A stretch of 40,630 nucleotides of DNA from a virus. The stretch lies in IMG/VR virus record IMGVR_UViG_3300045988_007834; one strand, given 5' to 3'. A program made the position numbers and the translations under genes. Below the pieces are notes generated by a model. It saw nothing but the letters and a program-made list of their open reading frames with translations, had not been told where the DNA came from and searched no databases. Of the stretch, positions 30,356-39,121 are shown one piece after another (within the stretch, counting starts at the first letter, position 1; every line of letters starts with the position of its first letter).

Positions 30356-30990
30356 TCGTACATCATCTGAAAGACGTGCAGCACTACCTGTTCAGCGTAC
30401 CCGATGACCAGAACTTGAACAAGGGTGATCTGGTGCTGGTGCGTAACAGCCGCGGAGAAGTGCCGGCTGTGTGCGTATGCAGCAGCTTCTCGGTGCCGGA
30501 GAACGTCCTGAGCACACTACAACAGCGATACGGCGGAAAGAGCCTGAAGCCTGTCATCGGAATCGCAAAGATGACTCGCTTCGATGACGACAAGAGAGCG
30601 GGCCGGCGGACGAAGCGCGTCGACGACCGGCTGACAGAAGATCTCTGTATCGGGGGAAAGCATTGCTGGCAGGTCAAGGAGGCCGGGAATGAACTCTGCA
30701 AAGACGTGTGCCGCCGGAGAGGCGATGCCGGATGTGAAGGATGCCCCATCGCCGAAGCTATTGACAAACTGGCTGTCTACGAAAACACAGGCGTTTCGCC
30801 GCAGGAACTTCAGGAGGTCGTGGATCTGTTCTCCGAGTTCGTCGAGCCGTTTGTGCCGGCGGAACTTCAGAATTGGATGGAACGCTGCATCTGGCACGTC
30901 CAGAAGTGCAACGACCAGCACCAAGAGATCGAACGGCTGAGAAAAGAACTGGGAATTGCCAACGGAACCATCGTTCCTGCGGCTGAGTAA
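30340..30990 (+). CDS. Hypothetical protein (216 aa) with a Cys cluster
   Basis: ATG 30340 follows AGGAGGAAAAGAA. Contains CEGCPIAEAIDKLAVYENTGVSPQE. Confidence 0.5.
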   Translation: MQKIVIVHHLKDVQHYLFSVPDDQNLNKGDLVLVRNSRGEVPAVCVCSSFSVPENVLSTLQQRYGGKSLKPVIGIAKMTRFDDDKRAGRRTKRVDDRLTEDLCIGGKHCWQVKEAGNELCKDVCRRRGDAGCEGCPIAEAIDKLAVYENTGVSPQELQEVVDLFSEFVEPFVPAELQNWMERCIWHVQKCNDQHQEIERLRKELGIANGTIVPAAE

Positions 30991-31000
30991 GGAGGAAGAG

Positions 31001-31147
31001 ATGAAACACTATCTTCCGATCGATACAGACGAGCGGAGAGAGGCGTATCTGCTGATGTTCGGAGCGGTAAAGGCGATGAGCGAGAAGGAGGCGCGGAATG
31101 GAAAAGCTGGCAAAGCGGATCAGGAGCAGCAACAAACAGTATTTTGA
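31001..31147 (+). CDS. Small hypothetical protein (48 aa)
   Basis: ATG follows AAGGAGGAAGAG. Confidence 0.35.
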   Translation: MKHYLPIDTDERREAYLLMFGAVKAMSEKEARNGKAGKADQEQQQTVF

Positions 31148-31418
31148 CGCCGGCGTGGACGCTGGGACGCAGAAGACGTGTGACCTTCTTCTGGTGGCGG
31201 CCTATGAGTGCGGTTTTGTCCGCACGCCCGAAAAGGCGAAGAAGCTGATGGAGACCTTGACGCAGCTGGAATCCGAGTACGGCGTCGCATGGCAGTGCAG
31301 GCCGGAATCCGACGAAGCGATTGCGAGAATCGACTATGTGCTGCAAAAGGTCTGCGGCGGGTACTTCCAGCCGTTTTTCGAGCGGAACGACCTGATAAAG
31401 GACTGGTGGGACAGATGA
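31098..31418 (+). CDS. Hypothetical protein
   Basis: 106-aa ORF with RBS GAAGGAGG. Confidence 0.45.
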   Translation: MEKLAKRIRSSNKQYFDAGVDAGTQKTCDLLLVAAYECGFVRTPEKAKKLMETLTQLESEYGVAWQCRPESDEAIARIDYVLQKVCGGYFQPFFERNDLIKDWWDR

Positions 31419-31678
31419 TATGCAGCTGTGGCGGAAAGTTTTACTCGCTGGAAGTCCGGCCTTACAAAAAGAACGGCATACTGCAACGGAGACGGTACGA
31501 ATGCCGGAAATGTCACAAGGTGATCTCTGTTGCGGAGGTCGACGAGAAGGAATACAAGGAGATCAAGGGGAAAATCACGGAGCTGGAAATCAAGCTCTAT
31601 GCGGTCAGAAAGGAATTGAAAAACTGCTATGAAAATTGTTTTGGAACCGTGGGCGATCATGCCGACACGGGCGCATGA
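31415..31678 (+). CDS. Zinc-ribbon plus coiled-coil protein (possible regulator)
   Basis: ATGA overlap with the upstream gene. Reads MICSCGGKF...YECRKCHK, then a charged helix. Confidence 0.4.
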   Translation: MICSCGGKFYSLEVRPYKKNGILQRRRYECRKCHKVISVAEVDEKEYKEIKGKITELEIKLYAVRKELKNCYENCFGTVGDHADTGA

Positions 31679-32039
31679 GTTCGATGCGGGGCTTGATTTG
31701 TATGCACCGCACGACGCGACAATTCGCTCGAAACAAAGCTGCCGATTTAGTACGGGCGTACATATCCAGCTGCCGCAAAACACGGTTGGCTTCCTAAAAA
31801 GCAAGAGCGGGTTGAATGTCAATCACAGCCTTACCAGTGAAGGGGTAATAGACTGTGGTTATACGGGGAGCATCGTGGTCAAGCTCTACAACCACTCGGA
31901 TCGTTCGTACCGGGTGCGGAAGGGTGATAAAATCTCTCAGTTGGTGATCCTGCCCTGCCTGCTGCCGGAACTGGAAGTGGTGGATTCTCTGGAAGACACC
32001 GAGCGAGGAACCGGAGGGTTCGGGAGCACGGGGAGATAA
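31629..32039 (+). CDS. dut: dUTP diphosphatase
   Basis: AGLDLYAP, GVIDCGYTG, GDKISQLV and RGTGGFGSTG are the five dUTPase motifs. Confidence 0.9.
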   Translation: MKIVLEPWAIMPTRAHEFDAGLDLYAPHDATIRSKQSCRFSTGVHIQLPQNTVGFLKSKSGLNVNHSLTSEGVIDCGYTGSIVVKLYNHSDRSYRVRKGDKISQLVILPCLLPELEVVDSLEDTERGTGGFGSTGR

Positions 32040-32302
32040 TGGAAGATATTACAAAACAGGAATATTCCGCGTGGCTGGAAGAATCTATAAGCACCGTGTT
32101 GAAGCTGAAGCCCGCGTCAATCTGTATTTGCGCGACGAGAGAAGACGGAATAACGTTTACGGGGTATTACAACGCAACAGCACAGGATAAGGCTGCCTTT
32201 GCCCACAACATCCAGAGTGACGTTGTAATGGATATTATCAAGGCCAACGCGGACGCAATCAAAGGAATCTTGGAAGGTGAGAGTGATGAAGAACTGCAAT
32301 AG
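32039..32302 (+). CDS. Hypothetical protein
   Basis: 87-aa ORF contiguous with dut. Confidence 0.45.
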   Translation: MEDITKQEYSAWLEESISTVLKLKPASICICATREDGITFTGYYNATAQDKAAFAHNIQSDVVMDIIKANADAIKGILEGESDEELQ

Positions 32303-32417
32303 CTGTGAATTCTGCATCGCGTGGTGGTGCGATCTCTATGAACGGTTTCTGGATTCGGATGAGAACGGACCGCTGCCGTGCGAGGAATGTTTGAAGATCG
32401 GAGGGGAGATAACTTGA
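32286..32417 (+). CDS. Small Cys-rich protein (43 aa)
   Basis: Counted as 44 codons. CNSCEFC...CEEC. Confidence 0.3.
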   Translation: MKNCNSCEFCIAWWCDLYERFLDSDENGPLPCEECLKIGGEIT

Positions 32418-32572
32418 TTATCGATATTCTAAATATCTTGGTGTTGATTGAGTGGGCGGCGCTGGGGATCGCGGTTTACATCAAGGCAAAGGGCCTGCAC
32501 ATAAGAGCACAACGAATGCTTGATTCGCTTGATGATGATGTGGAGGAAGTCGATGGAGCAGCAACAAATTAA
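32414..32572 (+). CDS. Small membrane protein (about 52 aa)
   Basis: TTG start after GGAGGGG. TM segment ILNILVLIEWAALGIAVYI. Confidence 0.25.
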   Translation: MIIDILNILVLIEWAALGIAVYIKAKGLHIRAQRMLDSLDDDVEEVDGAATN

Positions 32573-32780
32573 CACGGTATTCCCTGTGAGGCTTAAAAGG
32601 CTGCGGGAGAGGCGCCGAATCTCACGAAAGGTGCTAAGCGAGTGCTGCGGGATGTCCAAAAACGTCATAAGCCAGTACGAACGCGGAGACCGCGAACCGA
32701 CAGCCTCATCCCTCGCGCAGATCGCGGATTTTTTCGAAGTATCAACGGACTACCTTTTGGGGCGGCAAAATTTCCTTTAA
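32553..32780 (+). CDS. XRE-family HTH regulator
   Basis: FPVRLKRLRERRRISRKVLSECCGMSKNVISQYERGDREPT is an HTH_3. ATG follows GGAGGA. Confidence 0.7.
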   Translation: MEQQQINTVFPVRLKRLRERRRISRKVLSECCGMSKNVISQYERGDREPTASSLAQIADFFEVSTDYLLGRQNFL

Positions 32781-32801
32781 CCCACTATTGTGGGCATTTT
32801 T
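32781..32801 (+). terminator. Rho-independent terminator (same hairpin core as at 2255..2268)
   Basis: CCCAC-TATT-GTGGG, followed by CATTTTT. Confidence 0.6.
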
Positions 32802-32824
32802 AGAAGAATATATGCGATAATGTA

Positions 32825-32853
32825 ACCGTAGGGGCTTGACGACCCCCTACGGT
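32825..32853 (+). terminator. Second hairpin (10-bp perfect stem) before the packaging operon
   Basis: ACCGTAGGGG / 9-nt loop / CCCCTACGGT, followed by TTCTTCC. Confidence 0.5.
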
Positions 32854-32976
32854 TTCTTCCTTCACCGGCTACGCAGCGGGATCTGCGGAACCTCCTTTTT
32901 GTATTTGGTGTGCTTTATGCGGGATATTTGGAGTTTGGCGGGTAGCTCCAAGGAGAAGGAAGAGGAAGGAGAAACA

Positions 32977-34170
32977 ATGAACGTACAAAACAGGAAATTA
33001 TCTGAACTCACCCCATACCCGGGGAACGCGAAAAAGCACGACAAAAAGCAAATCGCCAATGTAGCCGAGAGCATCCGGCAGTATGGCTTTGTGCAGCCGA
33101 TCGTGGTAGACCGCGACGATGTGATTATCATCGGCCACTGCCGCGCGCTGGCTGCAAAGAAGCTCGGCATGGATGAGGTGCCGTGTGTCAGTATGGACGA
33201 TTTGACGCCGGAACAAGTGAACGCCCTCCGGCTGGTGGACAATAAGAGCAACGAAAGCGACTGGGACTTTGACCTGTTGGCTGATGAGCTGCCGGGACTC
33301 GACCTGTCGGCTTTTGACTTTGACTGGGGACTTCGCGACGAGCTAAACCACTCTGTTATTGAGGATGATTATGATCCGGTTCTTCCTGCGGAGCCAAAAA
33401 GCAGGATTGGTGACGTGTACCAACTCGGGAACCATCGCTTGATGTGCGGAGATAGTACGTCCTTGACGGACGTACAAAAGCTCGTAGGGGGGGTGCAGAT
33501 GGACTTGCTGCTCACTGATCCTCCCTACAATGTGGACTACAAGGGAACCGCTGGCAAGATCATAAACGATAACATGGAGGATTCAGCTTTTAGACGGTTC
33601 CTCACAGATGCATTCTCAAATGCGGCAATGGTAATGAAGCCGGGTGCTCCGTTCTACATCTGGCACGCTGATTCCGAGGGGTATAACTTCCGTGGGGCGT
33701 GCAGAGACGCAATGCTCCGAGTAAGGCAGTGTTTGATTTGGGTAAAAAACAGCATGGTCATGGGGAGACAGGACTACCAATGGAAACATGAACCGTGTCT
33801 CTATGGCGAGAGCGAGATTGAAGAGGACGAGCACGAGCCGTGCTTGTATGGATGGACGGAAGGCCACAAGCATTACTTTTTCAAAAACCGCAGGCAGACC
33901 ACTGTTCTCAATTTTGATAAGCCAGTGAGATCAGCAGAGCATCCGACCATGAAACCGATTAAGCTGTTTGACTATCAGATGCAGTGCTCGAGTAAGCCGG
34001 GCGAGAATGTTCTTGACTTGTTTGCTGGTTCTGGCACAACGATCATGGCAGCAGAGCAGAACGGGAGACACGCATATTGCATGGAGTTTGACCCGAAGTA
34101 TGCCGATGTCATTATTGATCGGTGGGAGAAATTCACAGGAGAAAAGGCGGTATTGCTCCATGACGATTGA
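32977..34170 (+). CDS. ParB-like nuclease domain fused to an N6A/N4C DNA methyltransferase
   Basis: ATG 32977 follows GGAAGGAGAAACA. ParB-N pattern: LTPYPGNAKKH...IVVDRDDVIIIGHCR. MTase motifs: TDPPYNV and EHPTMKP...LDLFAGSGTT. Confidence 0.85.
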   Translation: MNVQNRKLSELTPYPGNAKKHDKKQIANVAESIRQYGFVQPIVVDRDDVIIIGHCRALAAKKLGMDEVPCVSMDDLTPEQVNALRLVDNKSNESDWDFDLLADELPGLDLSAFDFDWGLRDELNHSVIEDDYDPVLPAEPKSRIGDVYQLGNHRLMCGDSTSLTDVQKLVGGVQMDLLLTDPPYNVDYKGTAGKIINDNMEDSAFRRFLTDAFSNAAMVMKPGAPFYIWHADSEGYNFRGACRDAMLRVRQCLIWVKNSMVMGRQDYQWKHEPCLYGESEIEEDEHEPCLYGWTEGHKHYFFKNRRQTTVLNFDKPVRSAEHPTMKPIKLFDYQMQCSSKPGENVLDLFAGSGTTIMAAEQNGRHAYCMEFDPKYADVIIDRWEKFTGEKAVLLHDD

Positions 34171-34265
34171 AGAAGCGCAGGCGATCATTGATAAGACAAA
34201 CAGCCCGTACTTAAAACGGGATATGGAGAAATTCATCAAACGCCAGCGAAGGAAGGAGGGCGTAT

Positions 34266-34604
34266 ATGGCAAGGCCGAAAAAGGAGATAGATCAAAAGCA
34301 GTTCGAGAATCTATGCGGCCTGCAATGCACGCTTGAGGAAATCTGCGGCTGGTTTGATGTGTGCTCGGACACATTGGAAGCATGGTGCAAACGAACCTAT
34401 AAGAGGAGTTTTTCGGAAGTTTTTAAACAAAAGCGTGGAGCCGGGAAAATATCGCTCAGAAGAAGCCAGTGGAGACTGGCGGAGAAAAATGCAAACATGG
34501 CAATCTGGCTCGGGAAGCAGTATCTCGGCCAGAAGGACAACCCAGAGGAATCGGTTGATATGGAGGACACTTCCGCGTATCTGGCGGAAGCTGGTATGGA
34601 ATGA
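34266..34604 (+). CDS. terS: Terminase small subunit
   Basis: 112-aa HTH-like protein directly upstream of and overlapping terL, with RBS GAAGGAAGGAGGG. Confidence 0.6.
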   Translation: MARPKKEIDQKQFENLCGLQCTLEEICGWFDVCSDTLEAWCKRTYKRSFSEVFKQKRGAGKISLRRSQWRLAEKNANMAIWLGKQYLGQKDNPEESVDMEDTSAYLAEAGME

Positions 34605-35869
34605 TTACGCAGACCCTTCAACCGAAGTTTGGCGAGAAGCATAAGGCATATATTGCGGCGGCGACGCGGGCGACGATTTCCGTAGCGGAGGGCGCTGTCC
34701 GTGCCGGTAAGACCATCGACAACATTGCGGCATTTGCCTATTTGATCGAGAAAGGGACGCCTGACCGCATCCACCTTGCGACAGGTTCCACAGCGGCAAA
34801 CGCGAAATTGAATATCGGGGACGCGAACGGCTACGGATTGGAGTATCTTTTCCGTGGCCGCTGCCGGTGGACGAAGTATAAGGGAAATGAAGCACTGGTT
34901 ATCCGCTCGCATAAGCGGGATTACGTCGTGATATTCGCGGGCGGCGCGAAAGCGGACAGTTTCAAGAAGATTCGCGGCAACTCCTATGGGATGTGGATTG
35001 CAACCGAGATCAACCTTCACCATGAGGACACGATCAAAGAAGCATTTAACCGTCAGCTCGCGGCGCGGGTTCGGCGGGTGTTTTGGGACTTGAACCCATC
35101 GGCACCCGGCCACTGGATATATGAGCACTACATCGACAAATTCCCGGAGAGCATGGGCGCGCGGTACAACTACCAGCATTTCACCATCCGGGACAATGCG
35201 ACGATCACGCCGCAGCGGTTGGCGGAAATTGAAGCGCAGTACGACACGGGAAGTATTTGGTATCGCCGGGACATCCTCGGTGAGCGTTGCATTGCGGAGG
35301 GTTTGATCTATCCCATGTTCGGAGAGCAGTGTATCACGGACGAGGAACCGGACAGCGGCGAGTGGTACATCTCCATCGACTACGGCACCATGAATCCCTT
35401 CTCGGCTGGCCTTTGGCGTGTTGGGAATGGTCGTGCCGTCCGTGTGAATGAGATCTATTACAACGGGCGCGAGCTGAAGAAGCAGAAAACGGACGAGGAA
35501 TATTGTGATATGGTGGAGGCGCTGGCGGGCGCACGCGCCATTTCTGCGGTGATTGTTGATCCATCTGCGGCATCGTTTATCGCGGCGCTACGGCGGCGCA
35601 GCGGGTTCAAGGTGCGGCAAGCGAACAACGATGTTGCAAACGGAATCCGCTGTGTGGCTGATTATCTGCTCGACGGGAAAATCAAAATCCATCGTCGGTG
35701 TGCCGCTACAATCCGAGAGTTCGGCCTATACCGCTGGGACGAGAAGCAGGACAACGACAAACCCGTCAAAGAGAACGACCACGCGATGGACGAAACACGC
35801 TATTTTGCCATGACGGTTCTGCGGCGGGCGTTTAAGCCGCATGAATGGATTCCAGATTTGGCGTTATGA
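34601..35869 (+). CDS. terL: Terminase large subunit (PBSX/Terminase_3-like)
   Basis: Walker A GAVRAGKT, WDLNP, and a C-terminal nuclease region with DHAMDETRY. Confidence 0.9.
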   Translation: MITQTLQPKFGEKHKAYIAAATRATISVAEGAVRAGKTIDNIAAFAYLIEKGTPDRIHLATGSTAANAKLNIGDANGYGLEYLFRGRCRWTKYKGNEALVIRSHKRDYVVIFAGGAKADSFKKIRGNSYGMWIATEINLHHEDTIKEAFNRQLAARVRRVFWDLNPSAPGHWIYEHYIDKFPESMGARYNYQHFTIRDNATITPQRLAEIEAQYDTGSIWYRRDILGERCIAEGLIYPMFGEQCITDEEPDSGEWYISIDYGTMNPFSAGLWRVGNGRAVRVNEIYYNGRELKKQKTDEEYCDMVEALAGARAISAVIVDPSAASFIAALRRRSGFKVRQANNDVANGIRCVADYLLDGKIKIHRRCAATIREFGLYRWDEKQDNDKPVKENDHAMDETRYFAMTVLRRAFKPHEWIPDLAL

Positions 35870-35877
35870 GGTGAGAA

Positions 35878-37248
35878 ATGAAAACATATCAGGATTTTTT
35901 AGAGATCGCCGAAAAGGGCGAACAGGCGCGGATGGATTTTGTGATATCTGCGATTGATTCGTACAAAGCAACGGACTTGTATAAGACGGCACTGACAGCT
36001 CGGGAATATGATGAGCACAGAAACGTGACAATCATGAACTATCAGAAGCTCCTTTATACGCTGTCCGGGCAGGCGATACCGGACAATTATTCCGCAAACT
36101 ATAAGCTCCGCAGCAATTTCTTTTCGGCGTTTGTAACGCAGGAGACGCAATATTTGCTCGGGAATGGAGTAACGCTGAAAGATGCAAGCCACAAGGAACG
36201 GCTCGGGCCAACGTTTGACAATCGACTTCAGGACATCGGGCACGATTCGATTGTTGCTGGTGTGGCCTATGGCTTTTGGAACCTCGACCACCTTGAAACG
36301 TTTACAGCGCTCGAGTTTGTGCCACTACTCGACGAGGAAACTGGCGCTTTACGCGCGGGAATCCGATGGTGGCAGGTGTCCAGTGATAAACCGCTCCGGG
36401 CGACGCTTTTTGAAGTCGATGGATTCACGCAGTACATCCGCCGGAAGGGGAAGCAGATGGAAGTGCTCAAGCCGAAGCGCGGCTATGTGGCGGTTGTGGC
36501 GTCCTCGGTCGTCGATGGGATGGAGATTATGGAATACCGAAACTATCCCGGATTCCCGGTAATCCCGATGTATGCGAATCGCGCGAAACAGTCTGAGCTT
36601 GTCGGAATGCGGGAGAAAATCGACTGTTATGATCTCATTTCTTCCGGATTTGCAAACACCGTGGATGAAGCGTCTATTATTTATTGGACGATCTCCAATG
36701 CTGGCGGCATGGATGAAATCGATATGGCGAAGTTTAAGGATTCCATGCGCAAGCTCGGCGTTGCGATGGTCGATGAAGATGGGGCGAAGGTTGACGCCCA
36801 CACGCTGACAGTTCCGGTCGACGCGCGAGAATCGCTTCTGAATCGCCTGAATGACGATCTGTACCGCGATGCGCAAATGCTCGATGTGAAATCGCTTCAG
36901 GGCGGACAAAAAACAGCGACGGAGATTCGCGCGGCATATCAGCCGATGGACAACAAGGTTGATCAGTTTGAATATTGTGTGCGGGACTTCCTGCACCTTC
37001 TTTTTGAGATTGTCGGAATTGATGATGAGCCGTCCTTCGTCCGGTCGAAGATCGTCAACCAGCTCGAAGAAACCCAGATGGTTCTTATGGCGGCGGCATA
37101 TTTGGATGATGAAACAATTCTGAATAAGCTGCCGTGGTTGACGCCGGAGGAGGTTGAGCAGATCATGCAGCGAAGAGAAAACGCGGATATTTCCAGAGAA
37201 GACTTTGACGACGGAGGTGGCAACGATGAAATCCAAGATCAGGAATGA
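35878..37248 (+). CDS. Portal protein (SPP1 gp6-like)
   Basis: 456 aa immediately after terL, with an acidic C-terminus. Confidence 0.8.
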   Translation: MKTYQDFLEIAEKGEQARMDFVISAIDSYKATDLYKTALTAREYDEHRNVTIMNYQKLLYTLSGQAIPDNYSANYKLRSNFFSAFVTQETQYLLGNGVTLKDASHKERLGPTFDNRLQDIGHDSIVAGVAYGFWNLDHLETFTALEFVPLLDEETGALRAGIRWWQVSSDKPLRATLFEVDGFTQYIRRKGKQMEVLKPKRGYVAVVASSVVDGMEIMEYRNYPGFPVIPMYANRAKQSELVGMREKIDCYDLISSGFANTVDEASIIYWTISNAGGMDEIDMAKFKDSMRKLGVAMVDEDGAKVDAHTLTVPVDARESLLNRLNDDLYRDAQMLDVKSLQGGQKTATEIRAAYQPMDNKVDQFEYCVRDFLHLLFEIVGIDDEPSFVRSKIVNQLEETQMVLMAAAYLDDETILNKLPWLTPEEVEQIMQRRENADISREDFDDGGGNDEIQDQE

Positions 37249-37546
37249 TTTGGCCGTGACTGTCGATGGTGTCGATCTCACAACGATTTCGAAACCAGAG
37301 TTCTACGTCCGTCAGGCAAATAAGTTTTTTCAGTACACCCCTGAAATTGTTGATGAAAAAACGATGGTTGTCCGCATCCCGTTTGAGGATGCAATGCAGC
37401 TGACACCGAAGAAAATTGTGAATGGACTGAAATCTCCGCCGTGCATGGTACAATTCGCATTTGCAAGGGAAAATGGCACACCGGACTATTCAGAAAAACT
37501 TGAGGTTGACGTGGAAGACCTCCTGAAAACGGAGGGGTACCAATGA
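37226..37546 (+). CDS. Hypothetical structural-module protein
   Basis: ATG follows GGAGGTGG. It overlaps the portal stop. 106 aa. Confidence 0.45.
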   Translation: MKSKIRNDLAVTVDGVDLTTISKPEFYVRQANKFFQYTPEIVDEKTMVVRIPFEDAMQLTPKKIVNGLKSPPCMVQFAFARENGTPDYSEKLEVDVEDLLKTEGYQ

Positions 37547-37728
37547 TCAGACTGAAAGTGAAAGGTGAACCGGTAAGGTTAAAAGTCGAACAGGCTAAAA
37601 CGGTTCCGGTATCAGGCGGCGGCAACGTCTCATCTGCGCAGATCAACACCATTGTAGTCCTCGATCGGGCGGAATATGACGCGCTGGCCGTCAAGGACGC
37701 AAAGACACTGTATCTGATTCGGGGGTGA
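37543..37728 (+). CDS. Small hypothetical protein with a fibre-like C-terminal motif
   Basis: IVVLDRAEYDALAVKDAKTLYLI resembles the ends of phage fibre/collar proteins. Confidence 0.4.
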   Translation: MIRLKVKGEPVRLKVEQAKTVPVSGGGNVSSAQINTIVVLDRAEYDALAVKDAKTLYLIRG

Positions 37729-37732
37729 CGGA

Positions 37733-37876
37733 ATGATCACAGTCGGAGAAGAACAGCTCAAGGAGTTGTTTGTCGGCGAGATGGGCATCAAGAATGCCTG
37801 CATCGGCGAAGAATCCATCTATACCCGCCCGGGCGGATATTTATACATCGAACTGAGCGAAAAGAAAGGGGCATAA
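37733..37876 (+). CDS. Small hypothetical protein (47 aa)
   Basis: Counted as 48 codons. Fills the gap. Confidence 0.3.
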   Translation: MITVGEEQLKELFVGEMGIKNACIGEESIYTRPGGYLYIELSEKKGA

Positions 37877-37879
37877 CCT

Positions 37880-38542
37880 ATGGCAAGTTTTTTCAATCTA
37901 ATTCTTGATACGCTTGCACCGTCTGGGTTGACACTGAAGCTCAACAACGGCGCGACGTATGCAACCAGCAACACCGTCACCGCAACGATCACGCTGACGG
38001 ATGAAACCAAGACCGGCTACCAAATGAAGCTCTGGGGCATCAAGGCGGCGGCAACGGAAGAGGACGCATCGTGGGAAACCTTCGCGGCCAGCAAGTCTAT
38101 CGTTCTGACGGAAGGCGATGGTCTGAAAACCGTACATATCAAGGTGCGGGATGACGTCGGCAACGAAACGGCTGCGGTCACAGCGTCTATCACGGTCAAC
38201 ACTGCGGTTCCGGTGGTCACGATCACTGGCCCCGACAAGACCAGGATCTCCAAAGTCTCCGGCTTCGACACCTGCGCGTTCTCCTTCACCTGCGACGTGG
38301 ACTTCGAGGAATACACGGTGCGTGTTGTGCCGAGCACCAGCAGCCTGCACGACGCCGGTACGCAGATTCCCACTACTGGCGGTTCCAGCAACACCAGCGG
38401 CACGGCTGGCGGCTACAAGAAGGCCACTGCGATTGATGTCACCATCAAGGGCACTGACCTTGCGACGGCATCCTCCGGCGACGGTACGAAGATCATCAAG
38501 GTCTTTGTGAAAAACGCCGCCGGGACTTGGAGCGTGGCATAA
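37880..38542 (+). CDS. Tandem Ig-like (beta-sandwich) domain protein
   Basis: Two similar ~100-aa modules, ending GNETAAVTASITV and KNAAGTWSVA. Confidence 0.55.
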   Translation: MASFFNLILDTLAPSGLTLKLNNGATYATSNTVTATITLTDETKTGYQMKLWGIKAAATEEDASWETFAASKSIVLTEGDGLKTVHIKVRDDVGNETAAVTASITVNTAVPVVTITGPDKTRISKVSGFDTCAFSFTCDVDFEEYTVRVVPSTSSLHDAGTQIPTTGGSSNTSGTAGGYKKATAIDVTIKGTDLATASSGDGTKIIKVFVKNAAGTWSVA

Positions 38543-38919
38543 TGGCCGCGCCGGGACTGACGTTCACCATCACGGGGACTAAGATTTCGGCAGTCTCCGG
38601 GTACGATTCCATCACCGTCAAGTTCTCGTCGGACATCGCCTACACGGCCTTTGAATGCCGCGCGACGAAAACCGGCGAGGACTGGGGGCGAGGCAAAGGA
38701 GCGCTCATTGCGTCCTTTTCCCAGACCCCGGCGGGGACGGAGCGAACCTTTGAGGTCTACGACGATTTTCTCTTGAGCGGTGACGGAGAATATCGAATCT
38801 CCCTCTACGCACAGGGCGCGGATGGAAGTTGGAACGACAACTATGGTTTTGTGCCGTCCGGCACGACCAAGACCATGCTGACGGCAGACGGCAAGGAATT
38901 TCTCTGCATGAAGGAGTGA
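38542..38919 (+). CDS. Ig-like domain protein (paralogous in fold to the previous gene)
   Basis: TAATG overlap with the upstream gene. The pattern ISAVSGYDSITVKFSSD...YRISLYAQGADGSWN parallels 37880..38542. Confidence 0.5.
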   Translation: MAAPGLTFTITGTKISAVSGYDSITVKFSSDIAYTAFECRATKTGEDWGRGKGALIASFSQTPAGTERTFEVYDDFLLSGDGEYRISLYAQGADGSWNDNYGFVPSGTTKTMLTADGKEFLCMKE

Positions 38920-38923
38920 TTTT

Positions 38924-39121
38924 ATGGCAGACCAGTACAACAGTGCGCACACTGGCGCAGAGATCGATCAGGCGGTGTCTGACGTTCAAAACAACAAGGC
39001 CGCATGGAGCGCGAAGGAGCTGCCCGCGGTCACTGCTTCGGACAATGGGAAATTCCTGCGTGTTGTGTCCGGTGCATGGGCGGCTGTAGAGATCGCAAAC
39101 GCGAATGGAGGTAGCTTCTGA
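38924..39121 (+). CDS. Small fibre-associated protein
   Basis: HTGAEIDQAV and LPAVTASDNGKFLRVVSGAWAA are recurrent in gut-phage tail-fibre N-termini. Confidence 0.45.
   Translation: MADQYNSAHTGAEIDQAVSDVQNNKAAWSAKELPAVTASDNGKFLRVVSGAWAAVEIANANGGSF

Noticed and set aside
32836-32976. N-terminal extension of the ParB-MTase ORF
   Set aside because: The extension runs through a 10-bp-stem hairpin and lacks an RBS. ATG 32977 has GGAAGGAG upstream, and the ParB-N domain begins there.
34160-34336. 58-aa ORF overlapping the MTase stop and the first 71 nt of terS
   Set aside because: The start is plausible (MTIEEAQAIIDK...), but there is no clear RBS and the overlap with the better-supported terS start is long. 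Left uncalled.
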